The notes under the pieces are model-generated. The model had not been told where the DNA came from, searched no databases, and saw nothing but the letters and a program-made list of their open reading frames with translations. A stretch of DNA of 64,000 bases from Thermoanaerobaculia bacterium (GTDB lineage Bacteria; Acidobacteriota; Thermoanaerobaculia; Multivoradales; Multivoraceae), in contig OY761158.1 in the NCBI GenBank assembly GCA_963664405.1, forward strand, positions 6,176,001-6,240,000. Reading direction: 5' to 3'. The position numbers were made by a program, and so were the translations under genes. How positions within the stretch are numbered: position 1 is the first letter of the stretch; each line of letters opens with the position of its first letter. This document shows, piece after piece, positions 40,375-50,534 of this stretch.

Positions 40375-40387
40375 TATTCGGCTGATC
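40375..40387 (+). repeat. Degenerate cassette-boundary repeat R5
   Basis: TATTCGGCTGATC; first 10 nt match the consensus. Confidence 0.55.
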
Positions 40388-40453
40388 TGAAGCATGTACA
40401 CTCCGCACAATCAGCGCCAGAGAAAACGCTCATCGAGCGCGAGCACAACCTAA

Positions 40454-42458
40454 GGGTCGGCGCGGAAATAAGTTTCCAGTATCTGGGGTGACCATACCAC
40501 TGCCCCCTTCTTCAGCCACCGCATAATCCTCCGGTACGCGCCTTGTTTGCAAGGTTTAGAGCTAGCATAGCCCTGCCCGCATTTGGTATAGTTTCCCCTG
40601 TCACCTCTTTTGGAAGGGGAACTATACCAAATGGTACGAGCCGAAGATCGTGATGCAACAGTGCGCGAGCTCTTGATGAGCGAACAGATGGCCACCATGG
40701 ATGAGCTCAAGGACGCCATGGGAACCCGAGCCACCATGACGGTCTACCGTTCGCTGTCTCGATTGGGCTATTTGGCCAGCTACTCGGATCGAGGGCGGTT
40801 CTATACCTTGAACGAGATTCCCGATTTCGACGATCTGGGTTTGTGGTCGTGCGGTTCGGCGAGGTTCAGTCGGCATGGCAGCCTCCTCGAAACTGCGGTG
40901 GCTGCCGTGGACCGGTCCGCTGCCGGCTATACGGCTTCTGAACTCGAGCTCCTGCTGCAGGTCGAGGTCAAGCACGCGATGTTGCACCTCGTTCGTCGCA
41001 AGAGAATCGTACGATCCAGAGTTGGGAAGAGGTTCGTATACTTGTGCTCGGAAACAGGGCGCCGTCGTCAGCAGAAGCTGATGCGCAACGAACGGCAGGC
41101 TCTCCAGGATGTAGCTGCCAGCCTCGTTCCAGAAGTGCTCCCCGAGGAGCTCAGGGCTGCCATCGTTTTATTCTTCAGCCTGCTAGACGAACGCCAGCGG
41201 CGGCTCTTCGCTGGCCTGGAAGCGACCAAGCTCGGGCATGGCGGCGACCGGAAGATCGCCGATCTTCTGGACCTGGACCCTCATACAGTCGCAAAAGGAC
41301 GTCGCGAGCTCTTCGGCGGCTCCGTGGAGCGCGGAAGAGTTCGAAGAGCAGGCGGTGGCAACCAACGAGTGGAAAAAAAACGCCCGAGATAGTCGATGGA
41401 ATCCATTCCATACTCGAGGCCGATATAGCTGGTGATCCCATGTCATCAAAAAGATGGACGCACGAGACCGCTGCAAAGGTGGCCCAATGCCTTGCCGAAC
41501 GCCTTGACATCATCGTATCGGCTACGGTGGTGCGTCGATTGCTCGCAGACCTGAACTATTCCCTCAAGAGCAATAGGAAATGTCTGTCTTCGGGGAACTC
41601 CCCAGATCGTGATGCACAGTTCAAGGCCATCAAGCGACTGCGCGAGGATTTCACAAGCGCTGGCGACCCGATCATCAGCGTCGATACGAAGAAGAAGGAG
41701 CTGATCGGTCGGTTCAAGAACCAGGGACAGACATGGTGCCGCGAGGCCAAGCGGGTCAAGGATCACGACTTCCGGTCCGAAGCTCTCGCCATCGCCTCCC
41801 CCTATGGGATCTACGATCTTCAGAGGAACTTCGGCGTTCTCGTCCTCGGACAGTCGTCGGACACGCCGGAGTTCGCTGTCAACAGCATCGCGACCTGGTG
41901 GCTCAAATACGGTCGATCTCACTATCCGGCGTCTCAGCGTCTCCTCATTCTTGCCGACAGCGGCGCAAGCAACGGCGCACGGCTTCGAGCCTGGAAGAAG
42001 TACCTCCAGGAGAAGCTCGTAGACAAGTGCGGCCTCATCATCACCGTCGCCCACTATCCAACTGGCACCAGTAAATGGAATCCCATCGAGCACAGGATGT
42101 TCAGCGAGATTAGCAAGAACTGGGCCGGAGTTCCTCTCGAGAGTTTCGAGATCCTCGTCAACCTCGTCCGCAACACGACGACATCCACCGGACTGCGCGT
42201 CGAGCCGTGCCGTGATCAACGCCAATACCAGAAAGGAGTCAGGGTATCGGACAAGGAAATGCTGCAGCTCGCGGTGGCCAGGAGCGACTTCCTAGGAAAG
42301 TGGAACTACACCCTCTCGCCGAGACCGCGAACCGAGCAGGAAGAGCTTGCCCCACAGCCTGGGCTCAGCTCACCACCACCTCCAATGCAGCGACCGCCCT
42401 GTGGCGCCTCGGCCTCACACGCTCCGGCGATAATGTGAAGTTATTTCCGCGCCGACCC
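40454..42458 (+). mobile_element. ISAzo13-family IS, copy 1 (2005 bp)
   Basis: 18-bp TIR GGGTCGGCGCGGAAATAA / TTATTTCCGCGCCGACCC; left flank TAA. Confidence 0.92.
40631..42438 (+). CDS. ISAzo13 transposase via a predicted -1 frameshift at A8 (41373-41380)
   Basis: OrfA LDERQRRLFAGLEA..LGHGG...RVRRAGGG; OrfB GDPMS, ISVDTKKKELIG, HDF, ADSG.SN, HYPTGTSKWNPIEHRMFS. Confidence 0.9.
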
Positions 42459-42461
42459 TTA

Positions 42462-44466
42462 GGGTCGGCGCGGAAATAAGTTTCCAGTATCTGGGGTGAC
42501 CATACCACTGCCCCCTTCTTCAGCCACCGCATAATCCTCCGGTACGCGCCTTGTTTGCAAGGTTTAGAGCTAGCATAGCCCTGCCCGCATTTGGTATAGT
42601 TTTCCCTGTCACCTCTTTTGGAAGGGGAACTATACCAAATGGTACGAGCCGAAGATCGTGATGCAACAGTGCGCGAGCTCTTGATGAGCGAACAGATGGC
42701 CATCATGGATGAGCTCAAGGACGCCATGGGAACCCGAGCCACCATGACGGTCTACCGTTCGCTGTCTCGATTGGGCTATTTGGCCAGCTACTCGGATCGA
42801 GGGCGGTTCTATACCTTGAACGAGATTCCCGATTTCGACGATCTGGGTTTGTGGTCGTGCGGTTCGGCGAGGTTCAGTCGGCATGGCAGCCTCCTCGAAA
42901 CTGCGGTGGCTGCCGTGGACCGGTCCGCTGCCGGCTATACGGCTTCTGAACTCGAGCTCCTGCTGCAGGTCGAGGTCAAGCACGCGATGTTGCACCTCGT
43001 TCGTCGCAAGAGAATCGTACGATCCAGAGTTGGGAAGAGGTTCGTATACTTGTGCTCGGAAACAGGGCGCCGTCGTCAGCAGAAGCTGATGCGCAACGAA
43101 CGGCAGGCTCTCCAGGATGTAGCTGCCAGCCTCGTTCCAGAAGTGCTCCCCGAGGAGCTCAGGGCTGCCATCGTTTTATTCTTCAGCCTGCTAGACGAAC
43201 GCCAGCGGCGGCTCTTCGCTGGCCTGGAAGCGACCAAGCTCGGGCATGGCGGCGACCGGAAGATCGCCGATCTTCTGGACCTGGACCCTCATACAGTCGC
43301 AAAAGGACGTCGCGAGCTCTTCGGCGGCTCCGTGGAGCGCGGAAGAGTTCGAAGAGCAGGCGGTGGCAACCAACGAGTGGAAAAAAAACGCCCGAGATAG
43401 TCGATGGAATCCATTCCATACTCGAGGCCGATATAGCTGGTGATCCCATGTCATCAAAAAGATGGACGCACGAGACCGCTGCAAAGGTGGCCCAATGCCT
43501 TGCCGAACGCCTTGACATCATCGTATCGGCTACGGTGGTGCGTCGATTGCTCGCAGACCTGAACTATTCCCTCAAGAGCAATAGGAAATGTCTGTCTTCG
43601 GGGAACTCCCCAGATCGTGATGCACAGTTCAAGGCCATCAAGCGACTGCGCGAGGATTTCACAAGCGCTGGCGACCCGATCATCAGCGTCGATACGAAGA
43701 AGAAGGAGCTGATCGGTCGGTTCAAGAACCAGGGACAGACATGGTGCCGCGAGGCCAAGCGGGTCAAGGATCACGACTTCCGGTCCGAAGCTCTCGCCAT
43801 CGCCTCCCCCTATGGGATCTACGATCTTCAGAGGAACTTCGGCGTTCTCGTCCTCGGACAGTCGTCGGACACGCCGGAGTTCGCTGTCAACAGCATCGCG
43901 ACCTGGTGGCTCAAATACGGTCGATCTCACTATCCGGCGTCTCAGCGTCTCCTCATTCTTGCCGACAGCGGCGCAAGCAACGGCGCACGGCTTCGAGCCT
44001 GGAAGAAGTACCTCCAGGAGAAGCTCGTAGACAAGTGCGGCCTCATCATCACCGTCGCCCACTATCCAACTGGCACCAGTAAATGGAATCCCATCGAGCA
44101 CAGGATGTTCAGCGAGATCAGCAAGAACTGGGCCGGAGTTCCTCTCGAGAGTTTCGAGATCCTCGTCAACCTCGTCCGCAACACGACGACATCCACCGGA
44201 CTGCGCGTCGAGCCGTGCCGTGATCAACGCCAATACCAGAAAGGAGTCAGGGTATCGGACAAGGAAATGCTGCAGCTCGCGGTGGCCAGGAGCGACTTCC
44301 TAGGAAAGTGGAACTACACCCTCTCGCCGAGACCGCGAACCGAGCAGGAAGAGCTTGCCCCACAGCCTGGGCTCAGCTCACCACCACCTCCAATGCAGCG
44401 ACCGCCCTGTGGCGCCTCGGCCTCACACGCTCCGGCGATAATGTGAAGTTATTTCCGCGCCGACCC
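42462..44466 (+). mobile_element. ISAzo13-family IS, copy 2 (direct tandem)
   Basis: Same TIRs; TTA spacer to copy 1; right flank TAA; at least 3 substitutions relative to copy 1. Confidence 0.92.
42639..44446 (+). CDS. ISAzo13 transposase via a predicted -1 frameshift at A8 (43381-43388)
   Basis: Same two-ORF organisation as copy 1. Confidence 0.9.
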
Positions 44467-44634
44467 TAAGTGGACCGTAACACCCAAACGTTTAGCGCCT
44501 GAGCGGCCCTCGCGGCCGATCTCTGCGTTACGCTTCCTCGACATAGTCCCCGCTATGCCTGCGTCAGCGCGCCTTGGTCTCGACCACGAATGACTCACTC
44601 AGCCACTAAACGTTCGAGTGTTACGGTCCACTAG
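44467..44634. mobile_element. ERIC-like MITE copy E3
   Basis: TIR GTGGACCGTAACAC / GTGTTACGGTCCAC followed by TAG; core GCGTTACGC..CCTCGACATAG..CTATGCCTGCG..CGCCTTG. Confidence 0.8.
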
Positions 44635-44644
44635 GAGCCAGCCG

Positions 44645-47242
44645 ATGCGAAACCTAGCCCAACGAAAAGAGACCCTTTGTGCGGCCCTTGCGGTCGTCCT
44701 GACCCTCGTCGGCGTGCTCCCGCTGGGAGCCGCGATCGAGCTTCCACGGGAGCTCGCCCAGCGTGTCGATCGGCTTGTTGCCGATGTCGAGCGCGAGCCC
44801 ACCACGGAGGAAGACCTGGTCGAGCGGGTGCGGGTGCTGTGGGACTGGGCCAACTATCTGTCGATGGAAGGTGTCTATATCGCCAAGAGGCTGCCGGTGA
44901 TAGTGGCTCGAGGCCCAGCGCCTCGGCCCGGGACGAGCGCCGCCGGCTATGCGCCTCTGATCGATACCTTTGTACGACACCTCGAACATTTGCAGCGCGA
45001 TGAGCTCGCTTTCGGCGAGGCGACCGTTGCGCCTACGACCCCGATGCCGGTGGATTCGTTTCAGACCTTGACCACGACCTTGAAGGTCGGGACTCTGGGC
45101 ATTGCGGAGGGTGGTGGAATTGTTGTCTCTCAGCACATCGGCTCGGCGACCGGCCGCTTCCAGACCAGCGACCCCAAGGGGTCCCACTATCTGACCGCCA
45201 AGGCGAGTCGGAGGGGCACACGCTTCGAGCTGACCGAGGTTCCGGTCACCGGCACTTACGGCGGGTTCCGGGGTGCGGTCGGTTTTCCCAAGTGGATCGT
45301 GCGCGGCGCCGCTCTAGAGCCGGGTGACACCGTGACCATCACCTACGGAGACCGCTCGGGTGGGGGACCGGGGGTGCAGATCGGCACTTCCTCCAACGAC
45401 GGCGTCCCACTGCCGCTATACGTCGATCCAGGGGACGGTTACGACTACGAGCTTCGCGCTCCCACTTTCTCGGTACAAGGGGGGGCGGTCAGTGGTGTGC
45501 ACGGCTTTGCGCCTTCGATCGTCGGGGTGGGCGAGAGCTTCGAGGTCTCGGTACGCAGTGAGGACACCTACTACAACCGGGCGATAGGGGAGACCCCGGC
45601 CTACGAAGTCACGGTCAATGGCGAGCCGTGGAGCGAGATTGAAAGCGATGGCAAGGCCATCCACCTACTCGCCGCGTCGTTCGATCGCCCGGGTGTCTAT
45701 CGTTTCGCCTTCAGCAGCATCGAGGGCAAGGTGCGGGGTGACGCCAACCCGGTCTGGGTGCGTCGCGAGCCGAAGCAGAAGCTCTACTGGGGCGAGACCC
45801 ACGGCCACAGCGGTTTTGCCGAAGGCGTCGGCACGCCGGAGGGCTTCTACCGCTTCGCCTGGGAAGACGCGCGCCTGGACTTCGCCACTCTCTCCGAGCA
45901 CGACATCTGGCTGTCGGACTTCGAGTGGAAGATTCTCAACGATGTTTCGGCCGACTTCCGCGTCAAGACCGACCTCATCACCTACCCCGGCTACGAGTGG
46001 ACTACCGATCGGGCTCGGGGTGGTCACCACAACGTGATCTTTCGCCGCATCGGGATGAAACGGATCCACACTCAGATGGCACCCAATCTGAGTGAGCTCT
46101 TCCATCATCTGGCGATCACTCACCCGGCCGAGGACGTGCTCACCATCCCCCATGCTCATCAGGCCGGCGATTGGCGGCTCAGTGACCTCAAGGCGGAGCG
46201 GCTGATCGAGCTCATGTCGGGGCACGGCACTTTCGAGTTCTTCGGCCAGCGCTATCTCGAGAACGGCTGGCGGGTCGGCTTCATCGGGGCCTCCGACGAT
46301 CATCTCGGTCACCCGGGCTACTCGCCCGGCGGTCAGTCTCGCGGCAGCAAGGTGTATGGCAATATCTTCCAGTTCGGTGGTCTCGCGGGAGTCTACGCCC
46401 CCGAGCGTTCCGCCGACGCCATCTTTGCGGCCATGCGGGCTCGGTCGGCTTACGCCACCTCCGGCGCGCAACGCATCATTCTCGATGCCACTCTTGGCGG
46501 GGAGCCGATGGGCACCGAAGTCGCCGAGGCCGAGGGGCAGGAGCGCCGACGGGTGATCGAAGGGCGCGTCATCGGTACCGCACCGATCCAGAGTATCGAT
46601 CTGATCAAGAATGGCGACACCATTGCGAGCGTCGCCGGCTTCGAGCCGGGCACTGTCGACGAGGAGGCCGACACGGTGCGCCTGGTGGTGAGCTTCTTCT
46701 CCGATACCGAGATCTTCTTCCGCGACAACCCCCGCGGGCACCGCACCTGGAAGGGCACGCTGACGGCGAAGGGAGCCAAGATCAAGAAGGCGAGGCTGCT
46801 CGGTACAGTGAGCCGGCTGCTTGACCGAGCGGAGGTCGAAAGTGGGGCGCTCTCGTTCTCGGTCGCGACGCGGGGGAGTGCTCGCACGATCCTGATGACT
46901 CTCAGCGACGTTTCTCCCGGCGCGAGCCTCGACTTCACACTTGAGCCGTCCGCGGAAGGCGGTCGGGCGCCGGTGGTGGTACGGCCGGCGGCCCAATTCG
47001 AAGCGGCCGCCTTCACCCTCGCCGTCCCGGTCGCCGCGGAGGAGAAGCGATACGAGCTCGCCGCCGGTCGTTACCGAGACGTCGCTTCGGTTCAGCGTGC
47101 CGACAAGCCACGAGACGACATCGAATTTCGCTTCGAAGATGTCGGCGACCCCGGCGACTGGTACTACATCAAAGCGGTCCAGGCCGACGGCCACCGCGCC
47201 TGGTCAAGCCCCTGGTGGGTCGGCGACGAGCCTCCTCTGTAG
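44645..47242 (+). CDS. DUF3604/PHP-like secreted metalloprotein (paralog of 20015-22813)
   Basis: Signal peptide, YWGETHGHS, SEHD, GGHHNV, IPHAH, SDDH, WSSPWW. Confidence 0.82.
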   Translation: MRNLAQRKETLCAALAVVLTLVGVLPLGAAIELPRELAQRVDRLVADVEREPTTEEDLVERVRVLWDWANYLSMEGVYIAKRLPVIVARGPAPRPGTSAAGYAPLIDTFVRHLEHLQRDELAFGEATVAPTTPMPVDSFQTLTTTLKVGTLGIAEGGGIVVSQHIGSATGRFQTSDPKGSHYLTAKASRRGTRFELTEVPVTGTYGGFRGAVGFPKWIVRGAALEPGDTVTITYGDRSGGGPGVQIGTSSNDGVPLPLYVDPGDGYDYELRAPTFSVQGGAVSGVHGFAPSIVGVGESFEVSVRSEDTYYNRAIGETPAYEVTVNGEPWSEIESDGKAIHLLAASFDRPGVYRFAFSSIEGKVRGDANPVWVRREPKQKLYWGETHGHSGFAEGVGTPEGFYRFAWEDARLDFATLSEHDIWLSDFEWKILNDVSADFRVKTDLITYPGYEWTTDRARGGHHNVIFRRIGMKRIHTQMAPNLSELFHHLAITHPAEDVLTIPHAHQAGDWRLSDLKAERLIELMSGHGTFEFFGQRYLENGWRVGFIGASDDHLGHPGYSPGGQSRGSKVYGNIFQFGGLAGVYAPERSADAIFAAMRARSAYATSGAQRIILDATLGGEPMGTEVAEAEGQERRRVIEGRVIGTAPIQSIDLIKNGDTIASVAGFEPGTVDEEADTVRLVVSFFSDTEIFFRDNPRGHRTWKGTLTAKGAKIKKARLLGTVSRLLDRAEVESGALSFSVATRGSARTILMTLSDVSPGASLDFTLEPSAEGGRAPVVVRPAAQFEAAAFTLAVPVAAEEKRYELAAGRYRDVASVQRADKPRDDIEFRFEDVGDPGDWYYIKAVQADGHRAWSSPWWVGDEPPL

Positions 47243-47479
47243 GCGCGTCGAGGATCCTCCGGCGGTCGCAGTCGCCGGGGCCGGATCGCAGGCCGCAAGA
47301 AGGGCGGACGCTGGGGGCCGGGCTGCTTCGCGGCGTGCCTAAGGTGTCTTAGGGATGCTGAGTGGAGATCGGGATAATTATGCTTCGCAGCCCGGCCCCC
47401 AGCACCCGCCCTTCGCGGCCTGCGATCCGGCCCTGTGAAGGGTCGCTCCGGAAGGGTCTGCTTCGAGCCCTTTTCAGTC

Positions 47480-47646
47480 CTAGTGTCGTGTCCCAGAAAG
47501 GCCTACCCAATAGCTCGGCCCCTTTCGCTCGCTGCCTTCGTTACGCCTTGTCGACAGATCTCCCAATATGCCTGCCTCGACGCGCCTTGGCAGCGAACGA
47601 AATGACCTCGATCTATTAGGCAGGCATTTCCGGGACACGACACTAG
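47480..47646. mobile_element. ERIC-like MITE copy E4
   Basis: TIR CTAGTGTCGTGTCCC / GGGACACGACACTAG; core is the reverse complement of E1/E5. Confidence 0.85.
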
Positions 47647-47683
47647 GTGCTTAGACAATCTGAGGCGGCCCCGGAGCTATTCA

Positions 47684-49483
47684 CTATTCACTGTTTTGCG
47701 TCGGTTGATACCAGATCGGCGACGTATACGCGCGCTCCTGGATGGAGGGCGGCACCTGAGGCGGCGGCTCGATGCCGAGTGACACGGCATCGTACGTACT
47801 CCAGCGCGGAGTCGGGATCTCCAGCACACGTGCGTAGTAGAACGCGGGTAGCGCTGGATCGAAATCCGGATCCTGCCAGAGCCTCGCGAGGTGTGCATCA
47901 CCGATGTCGTTGGTGAAGGTCGCCGTTGCCACGTCGACGGTATTGCCGACTGGCGCAACGGTGCCATCGGTCGCGACCGCGCGCGCGTCGGCAAGTGCAA
48001 CATCGTAAACCTTCTCGTGTGTCTTGCCATCTGCGGTCCAGCCTTTGATGATCTGGATACGATCTAGATTGCCGCTCTCGGGGTCTTTACTTGCCCAGAC
48101 CAGCAAACGCGGTGCCTCTCCTTGCGCCCCTTCGAGCACGCCGCCCATGGGTACGCCGCCCGCGTAGGCAGCGCTGACCCAATCGTGGCGCCCAACTAGA
48201 TCGGCCGGATAGCTCCAGCCGGCGAATAGGCGGACTCGGATGCGCGTGCCCGTGGTTGCGTAACTCTCTCGACGGCGCAGCGCGTCGAACAGTTCCTGCC
48301 GCGTGTTCTCCCTCGCCCAGATCGCGCTCAAGCCTCCGGCGCTGCGGGTCGTGAGCGGGGTGTCGTTCCAGGGACGTTCTTGAAATCGGCGCAGCTGCGG
48401 CGTCGAGCCGAAGCCCGGGCCGTAGGAGCCTGTCATGTTGTTCTCCTCGATAGCGGAGGCCCCCGAGTGAAAGTCCGAGGCCCCGACGAAGCCGAACTCG
48501 AAGGGATTGAAGCCTTCCCGCGCCTGGTAACGCAAGCCTTGCAGCAGGGCTTCACGCGCGTAGCGTCCGGACGTGCCCTCTCTCAGCTCTGGTGGGGTGC
48601 GATCCGGATACAGCGCGAAGTCGGCAAACTCGTCGTTCGGCGACAGCGCCGGGTGGGTCTCGGAGGCGCCCTTGTGCTGCACGATCTCGACCAGGGGCTC
48701 GTTCCATGTGCGGCGCGCGGCGTAGTGGGCGGAAAACGGCTTGCCGTCCCACGTCGACAGCTGAAAGGCGAGGCCTCCTGAGATGTTCATGTTGTGTGGA
48801 ATCGCGAGCACGCGCAGGCCGCGGGTGCGCTGGCGCTCCAGATAGCTCCATAGATCTTCCGGGTTCTTCGAGTCGACCGCGGAAAACGGCAGGGGAAGGT
48901 CCTCGGTGTCGGCGAAGATGACGTTGCGGTGCATGGTCTGTCCGTCCGGTGAGGAGGTCCACTCGTAAGCGGCAAAAGTCGTGAATTCGCCGGGTGCATA
49001 GTGGCGATCGGCGGCGGCTACGATCTCGCGCCAGACCCTAGCCTCGAGCTCCGGGTTGTCGAAGATCTCGTCGACGGCGCCGCCTCGGAGTGTTGCGCTC
49101 CACTCGAAGAAGGCCTGGGCGCGCTCCATCGGATCGTCCGAGCGCACCATCTTGACGACTTTGTGGTCAGGCTGGGCAAAAGCAGGGTCGATGAAGGACT
49201 GCAATACGCCGATGAACGACGCGTGATCGGTCACCGCAAGAAAGTCGAGCCCCGTGGAGAGCCGGATGGACTGGCCGCCGACGTGGGCTACGGCTTCCCC
49301 CTTGGCGTAGCGATAGGCATCGTCCGGGGTGCGCTCTGTCGTGAAGGCGAAAGCATCGTTCGAGAACCGGGTATGAAGATGTAGATCGCCGAAGTAGACG
49401 TCGGTCGCGGGGTCGCGGGCAAGCGCCGTCGGTGCTTGGGAGATCAATATCAAGGTGAGTAGGCGAATCATCGATCTCATCAC
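47684..49483 (-). CDS. DUF3604 family protein
   Basis: YFGDLHLHT, LDFLAVTDH, AYEWTS, HRNVIF, IPHN.N.S.G, KGASETHP, QERAYTSPIWY. Confidence 0.9.
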   Translation of the reverse strand: MMRSMIRLLTLILISQAPTALARDPATDVYFGDLHLHTRFSNDAFAFTTERTPDDAYRYAKGEAVAHVGGQSIRLSTGLDFLAVTDHASFIGVLQSFIDPAFAQPDHKVVKMVRSDDPMERAQAFFEWSATLRGGAVDEIFDNPELEARVWREIVAAADRHYAPGEFTTFAAYEWTSSPDGQTMHRNVIFADTEDLPLPFSAVDSKNPEDLWSYLERQRTRGLRVLAIPHNMNISGGLAFQLSTWDGKPFSAHYAARRTWNEPLVEIVQHKGASETHPALSPNDEFADFALYPDRTPPELREGTSGRYAREALLQGLRYQAREGFNPFEFGFVGASDFHSGASAIEENNMTGSYGPGFGSTPQLRRFQERPWNDTPLTTRSAGGLSAIWARENTRQELFDALRRRESYATTGTRIRVRLFAGWSYPADLVGRHDWVSAAYAGGVPMGGVLEGAQGEAPRLLVWASKDPESGNLDRIQIIKGWTADGKTHEKVYDVALADARAVATDGTVAPVGNTVDVATATFTNDIGDAHLARLWQDPDFDPALPAFYYARVLEIPTPRWSTYDAVSLGIEPPPQVPPSIQERAYTSPIWYQPTQNSE

Positions 49484-49672
49484 GGCGGCTGACCTCCAGC
49501 ATTTTCAATTGGCACAAGCTGCGTTGGCGCAAGGCTAGCATTGGAATTCGGCCCAGGGCCGCGTGGCTCTCGGCGACGGCCGCCCCCCAAGACTCGCAGA
49601 GTCGGCCTGCGCCGTTTTCCGGAGCGAATAGGAAGCAACGCCCAAGTGCGCCGTCCTCGGCGCCAGAGACAA

Positions 49673-49839
49673 CTAGACCAGCGTTTCCAAAGTCGCGCTA
49701 CAATAGCTCGCGGTCATTCTGTTCGCTGGCAAGGCGCGCCGACGTAGGCATATTGGGGAATATGTCGAGGAGGCGCAACGCCGCCAGCGGGGCAGAACGG
49801 GCCGAGATATGTAGCGCTACTTTGGAAACGCTGGTCTAG
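49673..49839. mobile_element. ERIC-like MITE copy E5 (same TIR as E1)
   Basis: CTAGACCAGCGTTTCCAAAGT / ACTTTGGAAACGCTGGTCTAG. Confidence 0.85.
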
Positions 49840-49958
49840 CTTTCGAAAATGATACTCATCATTTTTGAAAGCTAGGAGCGTGTCCGAGAATTCGGACAGG
49901 CGAGTAGTTCTTAGGGGGGGATGGGCCGGAGAACGGGCCGCAGGTCCGTTTTCCGGGG

Positions 49959-50378
49959 CTAGCTCACGAGTGTCCAAAGCGCCTTGGCAAGGCTCAGGAA
50001 CGGCGGGTCGGGGACCTCTCTGCCCGCCTCCTCGAGGGCTTTCACCTCGGTATTGATGCGCTCGATCTCGCCGCCGTCGAGCCAGAAGCCTCGGCAGGAG
50101 CGGCAGTAGTCGAGAATGATGCCGGTGTGGATATTGAATTCGACCTTTTCCATCTTGCCGCCGTCGCAGGCGGGGCAATCGGTGGGGGGCGAAGCATCCG
50201 GGTGGTCGAAAGTGTCGAGGTCGACGGTCGAGAACTCGAGATCGCCTTCATGAGGCTCGGCCATGGCGTCGAGCCCGCCGGGCGCAAGGTACATGCCCCG
50301 GCACTCCGGGCAAGAGAAGACCTCGTGCTCGTCGAGCTTGGCGAGCGTGGCCTCTGTGTTGCTGCGTGGACACTTCAC
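49959..50378 (-). CDS. zf-TFIIB-type double zinc-ribbon protein
   Basis: CP.S...CPECRG.Y and CPAC...CRSCRGFWLDGGE. Confidence 0.8.
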   Translation of the reverse strand: MKCPRSNTEATLAKLDEHEVFSCPECRGMYLAPGGLDAMAEPHEGDLEFSTVDLDTFDHPDASPPTDCPACDGGKMEKVEFNIHTGIILDYCRSCRGFWLDGGEIERINTEVKALEEAGREVPDPPFLSLAKALWTLVS

Positions 50379-50534
50379 TGTCCGCCTACCTTACCAGCGT
50401 CTCGGCGCCGTGCGGTTCCTTGCAGATGCTCTGAAAACAGGGCTTCGTTCGGAAACATCTTCTTGAGTCGCGTCGATGTCAATGAGAGCATGGGCGATGC
50501 CGGGAAACGATTGGAACTGATCGGGAGGTTAGCG

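Noticed and set aside
36124-40387. CRISPR array interpretation of the 15-bp repeats
   Set aside because: The repeats are short and separated by 0.6-0.8 kb of intact genes; no cas genes are present.
40454-44466. Assembly artefact explaining the 2-kb duplication
   Set aside because: The copies differ by at least three substitutions and have a distinct TTA junction; read confirmation is still desirable.
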